Of a stretch of DNA of 64,000 nt, positions 50,488 to 59,962 are shown piece by piece. A program made the position numbers and the translations under genes. The notes beneath the pieces are model-generated. The model was not told the origin of the DNA. It searched no databases and was given only the letters and a program-made list of their open reading frames with translations. Numbering within the stretch: position 1 is the stretch's first letter; the number at the start of each line of letters is the position of its first letter. This stretch comes from a virus. Taxonomy: Duplodnaviria > Caudoviricetes. The stretch spans positions 13,639 to 77,638 of IMG/VR virus record IMGVR_UViG_3300025867_000014; one strand, given 5' to 3'.

Positions 50488-51049
50488 ATATGATGAAACG
50501 AAGGCGTTTTTGAATAAGATTCGAAAACTAACCAAGACATCAGCACAGGACATAAGAGAGCAGTTGGATACCAGAAGATTTGCAACAACCGAGTATCCAC
50601 CGACCACATCCGCGACACAAAAACCGGAACCTCTTACACAACCAACCGCCCCACAAACATCCCAATCAACCGAGAAGAACGATTTTGCCGTTATTAATAA
50701 TGTCGAGGTTGTTATAAATTCAACCGATAGGGACGATTTAAAACTAGGGGACGAAGAAAAAGGTAAGATATCCCAACTAATAGATGATTTTCGTTCTGAA
50801 GTATCAGAAATTGCTGAATTCGGTAAATTAAACATTTACGATGATAGCGCTAAGTTGGATGGAAATATTAAGGAAGTGAATTTGGGATTTACAATTTCAG
50901 CTGGTGATGATAATGGTGTGTTTTTATCTAATGCAGCGATGTTACAAATAAATGATAATAGTATGGCATATATCGATAAACTAAAGAAATTTCAACTAAA
51001 GTTTAACGATACAATGGGTACAATAATTGCAACAAGACAACAGAACTAA
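50465..51049 (+). CDS. Hypothetical protein (194 aa)
   Basis: ORF in coupled operon; TATTTAT at 50418. Confidence 0.7.
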   Translation: MTDTPRNEYDETKAFLNKIRKLTKTSAQDIREQLDTRRFATTEYPPTTSATQKPEPLTQPTAPQTSQSTEKNDFAVINNVEVVINSTDRDDLKLGDEEKGKISQLIDDFRSEVSEIAEFGKLNIYDDSAKLDGNIKEVNLGFTISAGDDNGVFLSNAAMLQINDNSMAYIDKLKKFQLKFNDTMGTIIATRQQN

Positions 51050-51291
51050 TGGCACTTAATAGTCAAGATAAAAAGGAAATTGAAAATATTGCCCGAAAAG
51101 AGATTAAAACTTTTTTGGATACAACACAGGCGCATACTATGGTTTTGAAAGCAATTCAGAAAGAATTGGGAAACAAAAAAATAGACGATGCTATGGTTGA
51201 TATTGCAACAAAAGTTGTTGTGGAATTGTTCAAAACATTGTGGCAAAGAAAGTCGTTCTGGGAGAGCGCATTAAAGAATGTTAGACCTTAA
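51049..51291 (+). CDS. Hypothetical protein (80 aa)
   Basis: TAATG coupling to the upstream gene. Confidence 0.7.
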   Translation: MALNSQDKKEIENIARKEIKTFLDTTQAHTMVLKAIQKELGNKKIDDAMVDIATKVVVELFKTLWQRKSFWESALKNVRP

Positions 51292-51898
51292 AGATATGGA
51301 TACACAAACCCCCGATAAAATCGATAAAGTAGTAATGGATGTACCATTATTCATCCGTATGCTTGAATTTGCCAAAGAGGACGCAAAAACAGATATGGAT
51401 TTACATTCAGCCACCGAAAAGATATTGGCAACCTTAAAGGAAAAGGGTGAATTATCAATGGATGATTATAATACTATTGTTGGTAAAAAAGAAGAAGCGA
51501 CTGAACAAAGTTCTGACGCATCTGGAGCGTTTGAAGCGCCAATGGGTATGCCAGTTATGAAAAGGCCGATACAGGAACAAGGTATAATGGATAGTGGCCA
51601 ATATGATGTTCCGTTTCCAAGACAGGGTAGAAAAGACCCGTTAAGTATTGAAGGGGTAAAAAGTATTGCAAATTCAAGAGCAGTAAAGGATAAGAACTTT
51701 CCGAAATGGGGCGGCCCCGGTGGCGTTTTCATAAAGATAAAGGATAAATGTAAGAAGTTTCCATATTGTAATCAGGGTGATATCGATGCTATTGAAATTT
51801 TAAGGGAATCGATTGATAAAGTATCCAAAAAATACGGAATACCGACCACAGAAGTCGAGAAAATCGTGTTAAAAGAGATTAAAGATATATTTATCTGA
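51278..51898 (+). CDS. Hypothetical protein (206 aa)
   Basis: ORF with MDVPLFIRMLEFAKEDA segment and CKKFPYCNQG. Confidence 0.7.
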   Translation: MLDLKDMDTQTPDKIDKVVMDVPLFIRMLEFAKEDAKTDMDLHSATEKILATLKEKGELSMDDYNTIVGKKEEATEQSSDASGAFEAPMGMPVMKRPIQEQGIMDSGQYDVPFPRQGRKDPLSIEGVKSIANSRAVKDKNFPKWGGPGGVFIKIKDKCKKFPYCNQGDIDAIEILRESIDKVSKKYGIPTTEVEKIVLKEIKDIFI

Positions 51899-51899
51899 T

Positions 51900-53612
51900 A
51901 TGAAACTACAAGAAATTAACAATATAATTGAAGAGACCATTTCCAGCGAAATAAAGTCTCGAATCCTGAAAGAACAGGAAATGGGTATCGGTAATTTGGA
52001 ATCGGTTCAAACATTGGATGCCTTAGCACCATTTGATGGTAAAATTACAAATGTCGAAAACTTAGACAATGACGGAGTAAAGTTTATCATTCAAGGATTA
52101 TCAGAGCAAGAACTTATGAGTTGTTGCAACGCGGGCTCATTAGAAGATTCTATTAAAATATTAAATAGAAACATTCATAATGATTTATCGAAAAAAGGTA
52201 TGGGTGAAAACTCTGATGTTGATATTGATATGAATACAGATGGGTCATTAATAAATCTAGAAATAAAAATAATGCCTAGTGAAGAATTAGGGTCTGAAAT
52301 AACAGAAGATATGGAAAACACAACACAAAATGAATTTCTTGAATGTCTATTAAGGGCAAAAGAAAATAACGAAGAAACCTTTAATGTTCAGGGCCAAGAG
52401 TATAATGTAATGGAATATTACAATATGCTTGAAGAAGAATTAGATGGTGCCTGTGATGAATGTGATAAAACACCAATGGAAGAAGGTGAAGGCGGAGTAT
52501 GTGAGTGTGGAAGAACATTAGCCCCAATGGAAGAAATGTGTGAATGTGGTAAAGTAAATCCATATTTTGTGACACAGGAAGAAGTTGAACCTTGTGAAGA
52601 CTGCGAAGAACAGGTAGAAGAACAAGAGTTTACCCCTGCATCTAAAGATACTGGTAAAGGAAAATACGGCACAGAAGAAAACAAAATGAGTGATGTGTTT
52701 AATGAACAAGAAGAAGACCCGGGACAAGAATATTTCAATAAGGTAATATCCAAAGTTAAGGGTCAAGAGCCAGTTGAAAGTGAATTATCCGGAGTAAATA
52801 AACCAAATGAATATGGTCATAGCGACCAAGAAGCAGAAGGACTAATGGAAACAAAAAACAAAAAAGTAGTAAGGTTAACCGAAGATAAATTTATGCAAAT
52901 GATAAGTAAAATTGTATCTGAAGCAATAAAACCTAAAGTAGTTGGCGAAATGCCGAAAGTTACAACAAAAACAAAACCATTTAAAGACGCAAAGAAATCA
53001 GAAATGAAAGAAACTGGTATTGTAGATGGGTCGGCAAAGACCGTTCCCGGGTTACAAGCAGTAAAGAGTGCACACGAAGGCGATTCAAAGGAAGAAAAAG
53101 AATATTTGAGTTCAGTCGATAAAAAAATGAAAGATTATTTAAATTTCGATGGTAACGATAATCCAGAATTTCCACATCAAATTGGTGGGGATAAAGTTGC
53201 ACACAGAAATACAACAGACGAGGAAGAATATATTGAAACATATAGGGGTGGAAAACCAACCGATTTAGGTTATGACACACCACCATCCAAAGAGTTTACC
53301 GATAGAGTTAGAAAGGCTCTTTCTGGCGATTCGACAATGGGTAATAAACAAGATGACGATACAGCAAATGTTATACCAAGTAAAGTTGGTGAAAAAGCGT
53401 TCAAAGCAATCAAAACAAAAAGGGAAACTGTAAAGAAAGACCCAATGTATGTTAAGGATCCACAACCAACCAATACGGTAGAAAAAACCAATAAAGCAAT
53501 GGGTGGTGATATGAGATTTGTTGCGGCCGAAGACAAGGAAAAACAAAAAGTCATCGAAGAAGAAATCCAAAGGATGAAAGAAATTTCATCATATAGTAAG
53601 AAAACCCAGTAA
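51900..53612 (+). CDS. Large acidic protein with Cys/Glu cluster (putative internal head/scaffold-like protein)
   Basis: Very Glu-rich; CDECD, CECG x2, CEDCE; VVRLTE motif; C-terminal EEEIQRMKEISSY. Confidence 0.6.
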   Translation: MKLQEINNIIEETISSEIKSRILKEQEMGIGNLESVQTLDALAPFDGKITNVENLDNDGVKFIIQGLSEQELMSCCNAGSLEDSIKILNRNIHNDLSKKGMGENSDVDIDMNTDGSLINLEIKIMPSEELGSEITEDMENTTQNEFLECLLRAKENNEETFNVQGQEYNVMEYYNMLEEELDGACDECDKTPMEEGEGGVCECGRTLAPMEEMCECGKVNPYFVTQEEVEPCEDCEEQVEEQEFTPASKDTGKGKYGTEENKMSDVFNEQEEDPGQEYFNKVISKVKGQEPVESELSGVNKPNEYGHSDQEAEGLMETKNKKVVRLTEDKFMQMISKIVSEAIKPKVVGEMPKVTTKTKPFKDAKKSEMKETGIVDGSAKTVPGLQAVKSAHEGDSKEEKEYLSSVDKKMKDYLNFDGNDNPEFPHQIGGDKVAHRNTTDEEEYIETYRGGKPTDLGYDTPPSKEFTDRVRKALSGDSTMGNKQDDDTANVIPSKVGEKAFKAIKTKRETVKKDPMYVKDPQPTNTVEKTNKAMGGDMRFVAAEDKEKQKVIEEEIQRMKEISSYSKKTQ

Positions 53613-53657
53613 ATAGTTCTTTTTGTTTTCTTTTATCGTTATATTTTGCATTATGAT

Positions 53658-54113
53658 ATGGAAAACAATAAAGGATATATTGAATTTTTAACATCGGAGA
53701 GTCAAAAAAATCAAATTGACACTTGGTACAAAGCATATAATATTGTGTACGAAAAGACGCAGTTATACCGTGACTTTCTTATTTCCCTGCTCGATTTATT
53801 AGATTCGACTTATCTTGGTAATGATGCCCTAATCGAAGAAGACGACATCAAAAAACATTTCCTGTGGTGTTTTAATGAAATTGTGAGTAACTTTGAAAAG
53901 GAAAAGATTTATTTTCGAAGGGATGGGTTTTACATTGAATATCTATGGACATTTTTCCATAAAACATTTTATCTAAGCGAAAGCGAAGACAAGTTAAAAC
54001 GAATAAGACAATATTTGTATAATCTGTTTGTATTCAATTATGGAAAAACAAAAACGGATTTAGAAATGTTAACAGAATTTTACACTATTTTAAATCAAAA
54101 CTTGAAAAAATAA
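53658..54113 (+). CDS. Hypothetical protein
   Basis: ORF (ATG 53658) downstream of TTTG...TATATTTTG promoter-like sequence. Confidence 0.7.
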   Translation: MENNKGYIEFLTSESQKNQIDTWYKAYNIVYEKTQLYRDFLISLLDLLDSTYLGNDALIEEDDIKKHFLWCFNEIVSNFEKEKIYFRRDGFYIEYLWTFFHKTFYLSESEDKLKRIRQYLYNLFVFNYGKTKTDLEMLTEFYTILNQNLKK

Positions 54114-54149
54114 ATAAAATTCTGTATATTGCTATCAAAACCAAAAAAT

Positions 54150-54395
54150 ATGGAAACATTAAGAAAAATGAAAGACCTTATGGAGAAGATGTCAGCCGAC
54201 ACTTACAAGGTATATGAAAAGGGTAATCATAGCGCATCGATTCGTGCCAGAAAATATGCACAAGAGATAAAAGAAATGATTATTGACTTTAGAAAAGAAA
54301 TTTTGGTCGAAATTAAAAAGCACGATGAAACGAGGGACAAATCCCACAAGAAATCCAGACATAATTCATACCTAAATTTAAAGAAAAACAAATAA
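54150..54395 (+). CDS. Histone H1-like protein (Hc1 family)
   Basis: D..K.YEKGNHSASIRARKYAQEIK.....FRKEI resembles the Hc1 core KGNKAAG.RARK; basic tail. Confidence 0.7.
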   Translation: METLRKMKDLMEKMSADTYKVYEKGNHSASIRARKYAQEIKEMIIDFRKEILVEIKKHDETRDKSHKKSRHNSYLNLKKNK

Positions 54396-54396
54396 T

Positions 54397-54582
54397 ATGG
54401 CAAAACTTGCATTATTTCTATTTGTACTTGCATTGGTATATGCTGCTAAGTTTTTGATACAGTTTATTCTTGTTGTAAAACAGGATAACCCGCCGCCAAT
54501 GAAAATTGAGCCAATTGAGCAAGGACTTTTATATGTCTCAATTGCGTATGTTTTCACATACATAATAGGGTCGATAATATGA
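54397..54582 (+). CDS. Small two-TM membrane protein
   Basis: Two hydrophobic helices in 61 aa. Confidence 0.65.
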   Translation: MAKLALFLFVLALVYAAKFLIQFILVVKQDNPPPMKIEPIEQGLLYVSIAYVFTYIIGSII

Positions 54583-54586
54583 TAAT

Positions 54587-54970
54587 ATGATTTACGAAAG
54601 CATAAAAACATTAAGGCCGTACTTTTATTCTTTGCGTGAGATTGAAGACACCGTTAGTCTTGATATGAAATTTCCCATTAAGTGGAAAACAGAATATCAG
54701 GATGAATCGGTTAAGGTCATAATTCAAGATAAGAATGAAAAGGTTAATTTAGTTTCATTCATAACGCCAGCAACAAAAGATGGGTATGAAACTGTTGTTA
54801 GTATTGTTCAAGCCATAATCAAATTTAATTTGGAAGAAGAAGAGAAGGAAAAACTTTTCCAACAGAAGATTAATGAATTGAAGGAGTTATTTGCCAGCGA
54901 ATCTTTGGATAGATTAAAGGAAATTACATTTAAAGAAAATGGAGAGACCAAAGATAATACAGGGACTTGA
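54587..54970 (+). CDS. Hypothetical protein (127 aa)
   Basis: Packed ORF with coiled-coil C-terminus. Confidence 0.7.
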   Translation: MIYESIKTLRPYFYSLREIEDTVSLDMKFPIKWKTEYQDESVKVIIQDKNEKVNLVSFITPATKDGYETVVSIVQAIIKFNLEEEEKEKLFQQKINELKELFASESLDRLKEITFKENGETKDNTGT

Positions 54971-55139
54971 GTGGTTGGATAAAGAAATTAAAAAAGACCA
55001 AAAGGAGATTGAAGACCAAAAACAAAAGATGATAAATGAAATCAAATCAATCGATAGGTCAAAAATCGGTGCGCCGAAGAAAAAATTAACATTAGGTCAA
55101 AAAATTCAAAAGATGTTTGGGTATGGAAAAAAAGGGTAA
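54939..55139 (+). CDS. Hypothetical coiled-coil protein (66 aa)
   Basis: Overlapping ORF chain. Confidence 0.6.
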   Translation: MERPKIIQGLEWLDKEIKKDQKEIEDQKQKMINEIKSIDRSKIGAPKKKLTLGQKIQKMFGYGKKG

Positions 55140-55359
55140 TGTTTTAAATCAACTTGCAATCATATCTGATTTATTGGAAAATGTAAATATGGAAGTGGCC
55201 GAGATATCGGTTACTTTTAATGTTAATAAGGAAGAATTCAATAGAATGTATAACACGGTTTATTTAAAGGCAAAGGATAAGAATGTAAAACCGCCAAAAA
55301 ATACATTTCAAGTTAAAATCGGGAATATCACAATGATATTTAATACGAATAATGTCTAA
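55117..55359 (+). CDS. Hypothetical protein (80 aa)
   Basis: Overlapping ORF chain. Confidence 0.6.
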   Translation: MGMEKKGNVLNQLAIISDLLENVNMEVAEISVTFNVNKEEFNRMYNTVYLKAKDKNVKPPKNTFQVKIGNITMIFNTNNV

Positions 55360-55978
55360 ACAATTCAGTTCGTTTATATCCCTTACTTTCTAATAAATCA
55401 TACAATAAAACCCTTTGATGGGTTGTAATATCTTTGACAAAGATAAAGTTCTTTTTATCTTTCCTCAATAATTCATTTCGTATTATATCAAATAACCGGG
55501 TGGCATCATCAATATTCTTATTGCCATACATCTTGATATCATTTTCAACCTGAACAAATACTTTATTATTCAGGGTAAATATTTGGGCAATTTCCTGAAT
55601 CGAATTTATATAACGCATCATCTGGTGGTAACGAATTCTTTCCTTGGCATCAAAATCATATATTAATTCTTCTTCCCAGTATGGTATGATATATTTGATT
55701 CGTTGCTTATCGTTATCCAATTTCAGTTCAACATTTCTGCCAAGACTATCCCTTGCATATGTTTTTGTTGCCCATCGGTTGTTTGGGAATATCAGGGCAA
55801 GTTCGAATTTCATTTCGGTTCGCTTCTTTCCCGAGTTGGTTTTAACATATGCAGGTTTTTTCTGGGTTTTATACTCATTCCATACGGCCATAATAGTCGA
55901 ACGCTTAGCCGATTTGTGCATTATTTTCCGTTTCTTTTTGTTACAGAATAATATGATGAAATATTTGTAATTTATCAT
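55340..55978 (-). CDS. Hypothetical basic protein (212 aa)
   Basis: Long minus-strand ORF with no competing plus-strand gene; local base skew flips. Confidence 0.75.
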   Translation of the reverse strand: MINYKYFIILFCNKKKRKIMHKSAKRSTIMAVWNEYKTQKKPAYVKTNSGKKRTEMKFELALIFPNNRWATKTYARDSLGRNVELKLDNDKQRIKYIIPYWEEELIYDFDAKERIRYHQMMRYINSIQEIAQIFTLNNKVFVQVENDIKMYGNKNIDDATRLFDIIRNELLRKDKKNFIFVKDITTHQRVLLYDLLESKGYKRTELFRHYSY

Positions 55979-56121
55979 AATAACTTAATAATCAATGAAT
56001 ATATACCATAGGCAGCAAGGCCAATTAAGATAATTGCACCAGTAACCGCAATGCCTGTGACTTTATCCACCTTTTTTGCGTAATCTTTGTATGTTTTCTT
56101 TTTACATCCTGAACATCCCAT
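55975..56121 (-). CDS. Small membrane protein with N-terminal GCSGC motif (48 aa)
   Basis: MGCSGCKKK...TM helix; ATG at 56121 lies just downstream of a minus-strand promoter; overlaps the next gene by 4 nt. Confidence 0.65.
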   Translation of the reverse strand: MGCSGCKKKTYKDYAKKVDKVTGIAVTGAIILIGLAAYGIYSLIIKLL

Positions 56122-56125
56122 AGTT

Positions 56126-56193
56126 AAAATATAACTATTTTTCAGGGAAAAATCAAACACATTTCTTTTTATGAAAAATTTTGCGTATCTTTG
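56126..56193. promoter_or_regulatory. Divergent Bacteroidota-type promoters
   Basis: Minus strand: TTTG (56157-56154), 20 nt, TATATTTT (56133-56126). Plus strand: TATCTTTG at 56186-56193, a perfect -7 element. Confidence 0.65.
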
Positions 56194-56253
56194 TACCAAA
56201 GAAGCCGATTTTTACTTTTCGTTGCACTTTTACTACTTTAATGATATTTATAT

Positions 56254-56415
56254 ATGATGGGTCGTCCTAGAAAAAATGTAAATGAACATAGGGTCAAATT
56301 TGGGATATCTATAGATCCAAAATTATTCGATTTAATCAAAGAAGAACATAAGAATAAATCGAAATTCATTGAAAAGTTGATAAGGGAATATTATGAAAAG
56401 AATAGAATACGATGA
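56254..56415 (+). CDS. Ribbon-helix-helix DNA-binding protein (53 aa; not in the ORF track)
   Basis: MMGRPRKNVNEHRVKFGISIDPKLFDLIKEEHKNKSKFIEKLIREYYEKNRIR: AT-hook-like GRPR plus RHH pattern. Confidence 0.65.
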   Translation: MMGRPRKNVNEHRVKFGISIDPKLFDLIKEEHKNKSKFIEKLIREYYEKNRIR

Positions 56416-57076
56416 AAACTATTTTGCTACAATAGATACTGAGGATAAGGCATATTTTTTGGGATTACTGGCGTCGGACGGTTGCGTCATTAACAACACA
56501 ACGACACATAGATTTCAAGTAACATTAAAACTTCACACTAAAGACTCGCATATATTAGAAGATTTCATAAAAGTAATAAAAAGTTGTGGTTGTGTTTGAA
56601 AACATAAACAAAGAGAAATGTGCGAAGTTAAATTTTCTGGTAAAAAAATCATAAATGATTTAAAAAGATTAGGTGTAGTACAAAATAAAACACTAATTTT
56701 AAAATACCCAGATATTGATGAAAGCATTGAACGACATTTTTTAAGAGGGTATTTCGATGGGGATGGATGTATTCGTATTAATAAAGACAAAAGAGATGGG
56801 TCTGAACGAGGGGATTTAAGATTTGTTAGTGGGTCTATTGAAATGCTAGAAAAAATAAATGATAGAATGAACTATCTTTTTAATACTAATAAAAATAAAT
56901 TATATGGGCCAAATGGTTCACACGCAAAATATATCGGTTGGTGTGGGATGAAAGATATCGAAAATATATATTTTGGATTTTATAATGAATCTACTTTCTT
57001 TTTAAAAAGAAAAAAAGATATATTTGATATGGTAATAAATAAGATTAAAAACAAAGAAAAATATAGGAAAAAATAA
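56393..57076 (+). pseudogene. Double-motif LAGLIDADG homing endonuclease interrupted by an in-frame TGA
   Basis: Motif 1 KAYFLGLLASDGCV and motif 2 RHFLRGYFDGDGCI are in the same frame; TGA at 56597-56599. Confidence 0.8.
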
Positions 57077-58068
57077 TGTGTATCAGTTATATTGGTGGTA
57101 AAGCGAGAATTGGTAAATGGATTGTACCATTTATCCCTAAAGACATTGAAACATACATTGAACCATTCTCTGGAATGTTTTGGGTATTTTTTAATATGGA
57201 CTTGGAAAATTATCCAAATCTAAAAACAGTGGTATATAACGATTTTAATAAATTAAACGCTAATTTATTTCGTTGCGCGTTGCAATATGACAAGTTATGG
57301 GAAGAGTTGAACAAATATCCTTGCCAGCAATTGGGCGTGGTGGATACCCCGCCAGAATATGGTGAATTATTTAGGGCTTGTCAAAAGGAAGTTTTTGACC
57401 CCAATTTTGAAGTGGGTGATGAACCTAATTTCGACGCGGCGGGAAAATATGTTTATGTTTTGACACAAGTATTTTCTGGCTCGAAGCCCGAGACATCAAC
57501 ATACACCGATTATAAAGGAAAATATCGTTGCAAGGTTCTTATTTTTATGGATAAATTAAGACATCCAGAATATAGGAAACATTTCGATAAAATTACCTTT
57601 GTTGAAAATATGGATTTTGAAGATGCAATTAAGAAATATGATTCACCAACGACATATTTTTACTTGGATCCTCCATATTGGAAGACTGAAAATTATTATT
57701 CAAATCACGATTTTGATGCGAATGACCATAAACGATTGGCCGACAGGTTAAATAATATAACGGGTAAATTTTCGTTATCATATTATGACTTTCCAAAATT
57801 GTCGGAATGGTTTCCAGATAATAGATTTGTATGGGAACAAAAAAACTTTAAGAAAGCCGCCGCGGCTAAGAAAGATGGTACTCAAAATGAGGGTACTGAA
57901 CTTCTAATAATGAACTATGTAAGTAATCATCACACAGAAGAATCGGTAAAGAAAGTAAAACAGATAATTTTACCTGAACCTAAAGAAATAATTGAAAAGG
58001 TCGAACCGGTAATTTTATCTGAATCTAGCGATGTTGTTGATGATTTATTTAATAGTTTCTATTTATAA
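57076..58068 (+). CDS. dam: DNA adenine methyltransferase (Dam/D12 class)
   Basis: ISYIGGK, YIEPFSG, VYNDFN, FYLDPPY motifs. Confidence 0.9.
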   Translation: MCISYIGGKARIGKWIVPFIPKDIETYIEPFSGMFWVFFNMDLENYPNLKTVVYNDFNKLNANLFRCALQYDKLWEELNKYPCQQLGVVDTPPEYGELFRACQKEVFDPNFEVGDEPNFDAAGKYVYVLTQVFSGSKPETSTYTDYKGKYRCKVLIFMDKLRHPEYRKHFDKITFVENMDFEDAIKKYDSPTTYFYLDPPYWKTENYYSNHDFDANDHKRLADRLNNITGKFSLSYYDFPKLSEWFPDNRFVWEQKNFKKAAAAKKDGTQNEGTELLIMNYVSNHHTEESVKKVKQIILPEPKEIIEKVEPVILSESSDVVDDLFNSFYL

Positions 58069-58080
58069 ACTAAAAATATT

Positions 58081-58602
58081 ATGTCATATTGGTATGTGGT
58101 AAAAGTTTTACCCGGAAAGGAACGCCAAATAGAAGACCACTTTAACAAAGAAATTTCTAACGGAGAACTAAAAAATATTAAAAGGTTCGTATGTCCAACC
58201 GAGAAAAACACAATCATTGTAAAAAACAAAAAAACAACACGAGATTCCGTAATTTATACGGGATATCTTTATTTTGAAACGGAAGAAAAATTAACGGATG
58301 CAGAACTAAAATTTATTGGATCTAATAACCTAATAATGGGTATTCTTGGGGATAGAAAGCCAGTGCTTTTGAGTAAGAGTGATGTTGAAAAAATATTGAA
58401 AGATGAAACCCTCGAAAATCATATTGAAAGTAAAAAACTAGTTTTCGTTCCGGGCAATGAGGTTAAAATTACCGATGGGGCCTTCAACGGGTTCGCAGGA
58501 ACGATTTTAGAGGTAAAGGGGGAGGTAGTTCAGGTTGAAGTAAAAATCTTCGGTGTAGGGTCTAAAATTCAGTTAAAAACAAGTGAAATAACCAAAGTAT
58601 GA
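58081..58602 (+). CDS. nusG: NusG-family transcription elongation/antitermination factor
   Basis: NGN domain (WYVVKVLPGKE, IYTGYLYF) plus KOW (GNEVKITDGAFNGFAGTI..V). Confidence 0.9.
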   Translation: MSYWYVVKVLPGKERQIEDHFNKEISNGELKNIKRFVCPTEKNTIIVKNKKTTRDSVIYTGYLYFETEEKLTDAELKFIGSNNLIMGILGDRKPVLLSKSDVEKILKDETLENHIESKKLVFVPGNEVKITDGAFNGFAGTILEVKGEVVQVEVKIFGVGSKIQLKTSEITKV

Positions 58603-58871
58603 AAGAGCACATTGATGTAACGATTTATGTTAGTAACATCAGAGCGTTTTTGGATAAAAATACTGATGCTGCTAAGTATTTTTTTGGAAATATGGGTCAG
58701 GATCTTTTTTATGAAGTGGTAACAATATTTGCGACCCAAAATTATGAGGAACGCGGCGACCCGGCATTAACTATGGAGCAGTTCGAAGAAATCAGACACG
58801 CAATTATTGCCAAATTTGGCGTTGCAAGTATATCAAATAAAGAATACCCATTTCCATTTTCATTAAACTAA
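58599..58871 (+). CDS. Hypothetical protein (90 aa)
   Basis: ATGA coupling to nusG. Confidence 0.7.
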   Translation: MKEHIDVTIYVSNIRAFLDKNTDAAKYFFGNMGQDLFYEVVTIFATQNYEERGDPALTMEQFEEIRHAIIAKFGVASISNKEYPFPFSLN

Positions 58872-58882
58872 AAACACAAAAT

Positions 58883-59962
58883 ATGAATATAGATATATCA
58901 GGAAATGCCCCACTTTTTGAAATGTCATATGGTGACGATTTTCCCGCCGACCAATATTATGTCATTGCTTTTAAACGAATATCATCTAGATTTGAGAATC
59001 GAGAATTTTACGATCCAACTGTATTAAAATTTTTCTATGATAATGGGTTCACTGTTATCAATAAGTATGATATTGAAAGAAAATTACACAAGCAAAATCA
59101 TAAATCATCGGTATTAATCAATGAGGAAAAAAAGATTCTTATTCTTGTTGATATGTGTAATGAGAAAAACGAAGATTTAGTTTCGTTATCATATCTATAT
59201 GATTGTACTATTGCGCCATTTAAGGAACAACTAAATTTTGATGAAATTATAAAATATAAAAAGGAAAGAAAAAAGTCAAATATAAATTTGGTTATGAGTG
59301 ATCACGGGCTCCTAGATACTGAAGAATATGATATTGCTGTACCTGAAATGAATTTGGAGTTAAATTATGGTTCGGAGTTTCTAAAAGTTCACGAAAAGAT
59401 AATTAAAAGGTTAAATACCGATAAAGATAAGGGAATTATTTTGTTACACGGAGACCCGGGAACAGGTAAAACATCATATCTGAAATATTTAACCAAATTT
59501 ATCAAAAATAAGGACATTTTATTTATTCCACCATCAATGGCAGAAATGTTGGCCGAGCCATCAATCATTCCATTTTTAATGGATAAACGAAATAATATTT
59601 TACTTATCGAAGATGCAGAAAAAGTAATTTCCGATAGAAAAAATAGTGGGTCATCAGCAACTGGCGTTTCAAATCTTTTGAATTTAACCGATGGAATTTT
59701 AGGCGATTGTTTGAACATTCAGGTTATTGCAACATTTAATATGAAAAGAGAAAAAATTGATGATGCATTACTTCGTAAAGGAAGATTAATCGCGGAACAT
59801 AAATTTGAAAAACTTTCGGTGAATGATACCAATCGTTTATTAAAACATTTGAATAAAAATCATACATCAAGTGTTGGACTAACATTGGCCGACATCTACA
59901 ATATTGATGAAGATGAAATAAGGGTTTCAACCGAAACTAAAAAAATAGGATTTGGAAACTAA
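58883..59962 (+). CDS. AAA+ ATPase
   Basis: ILLHGDPGTGKT, LLIEDAE, LLNLTDG, DALLRKGR; C-terminal KKIGF. Confidence 0.9.
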   Translation: MNIDISGNAPLFEMSYGDDFPADQYYVIAFKRISSRFENREFYDPTVLKFFYDNGFTVINKYDIERKLHKQNHKSSVLINEEKKILILVDMCNEKNEDLVSLSYLYDCTIAPFKEQLNFDEIIKYKKERKKSNINLVMSDHGLLDTEEYDIAVPEMNLELNYGSEFLKVHEKIIKRLNTDKDKGIILLHGDPGTGKTSYLKYLTKFIKNKDILFIPPSMAEMLAEPSIIPFLMDKRNNILLIEDAEKVISDRKNSGSSATGVSNLLNLTDGILGDCLNIQVIATFNMKREKIDDALLRKGRLIAEHKFEKLSVNDTNRLLKHLNKNHTSSVGLTLADIYNIDEDEIRVSTETKKIGFGN

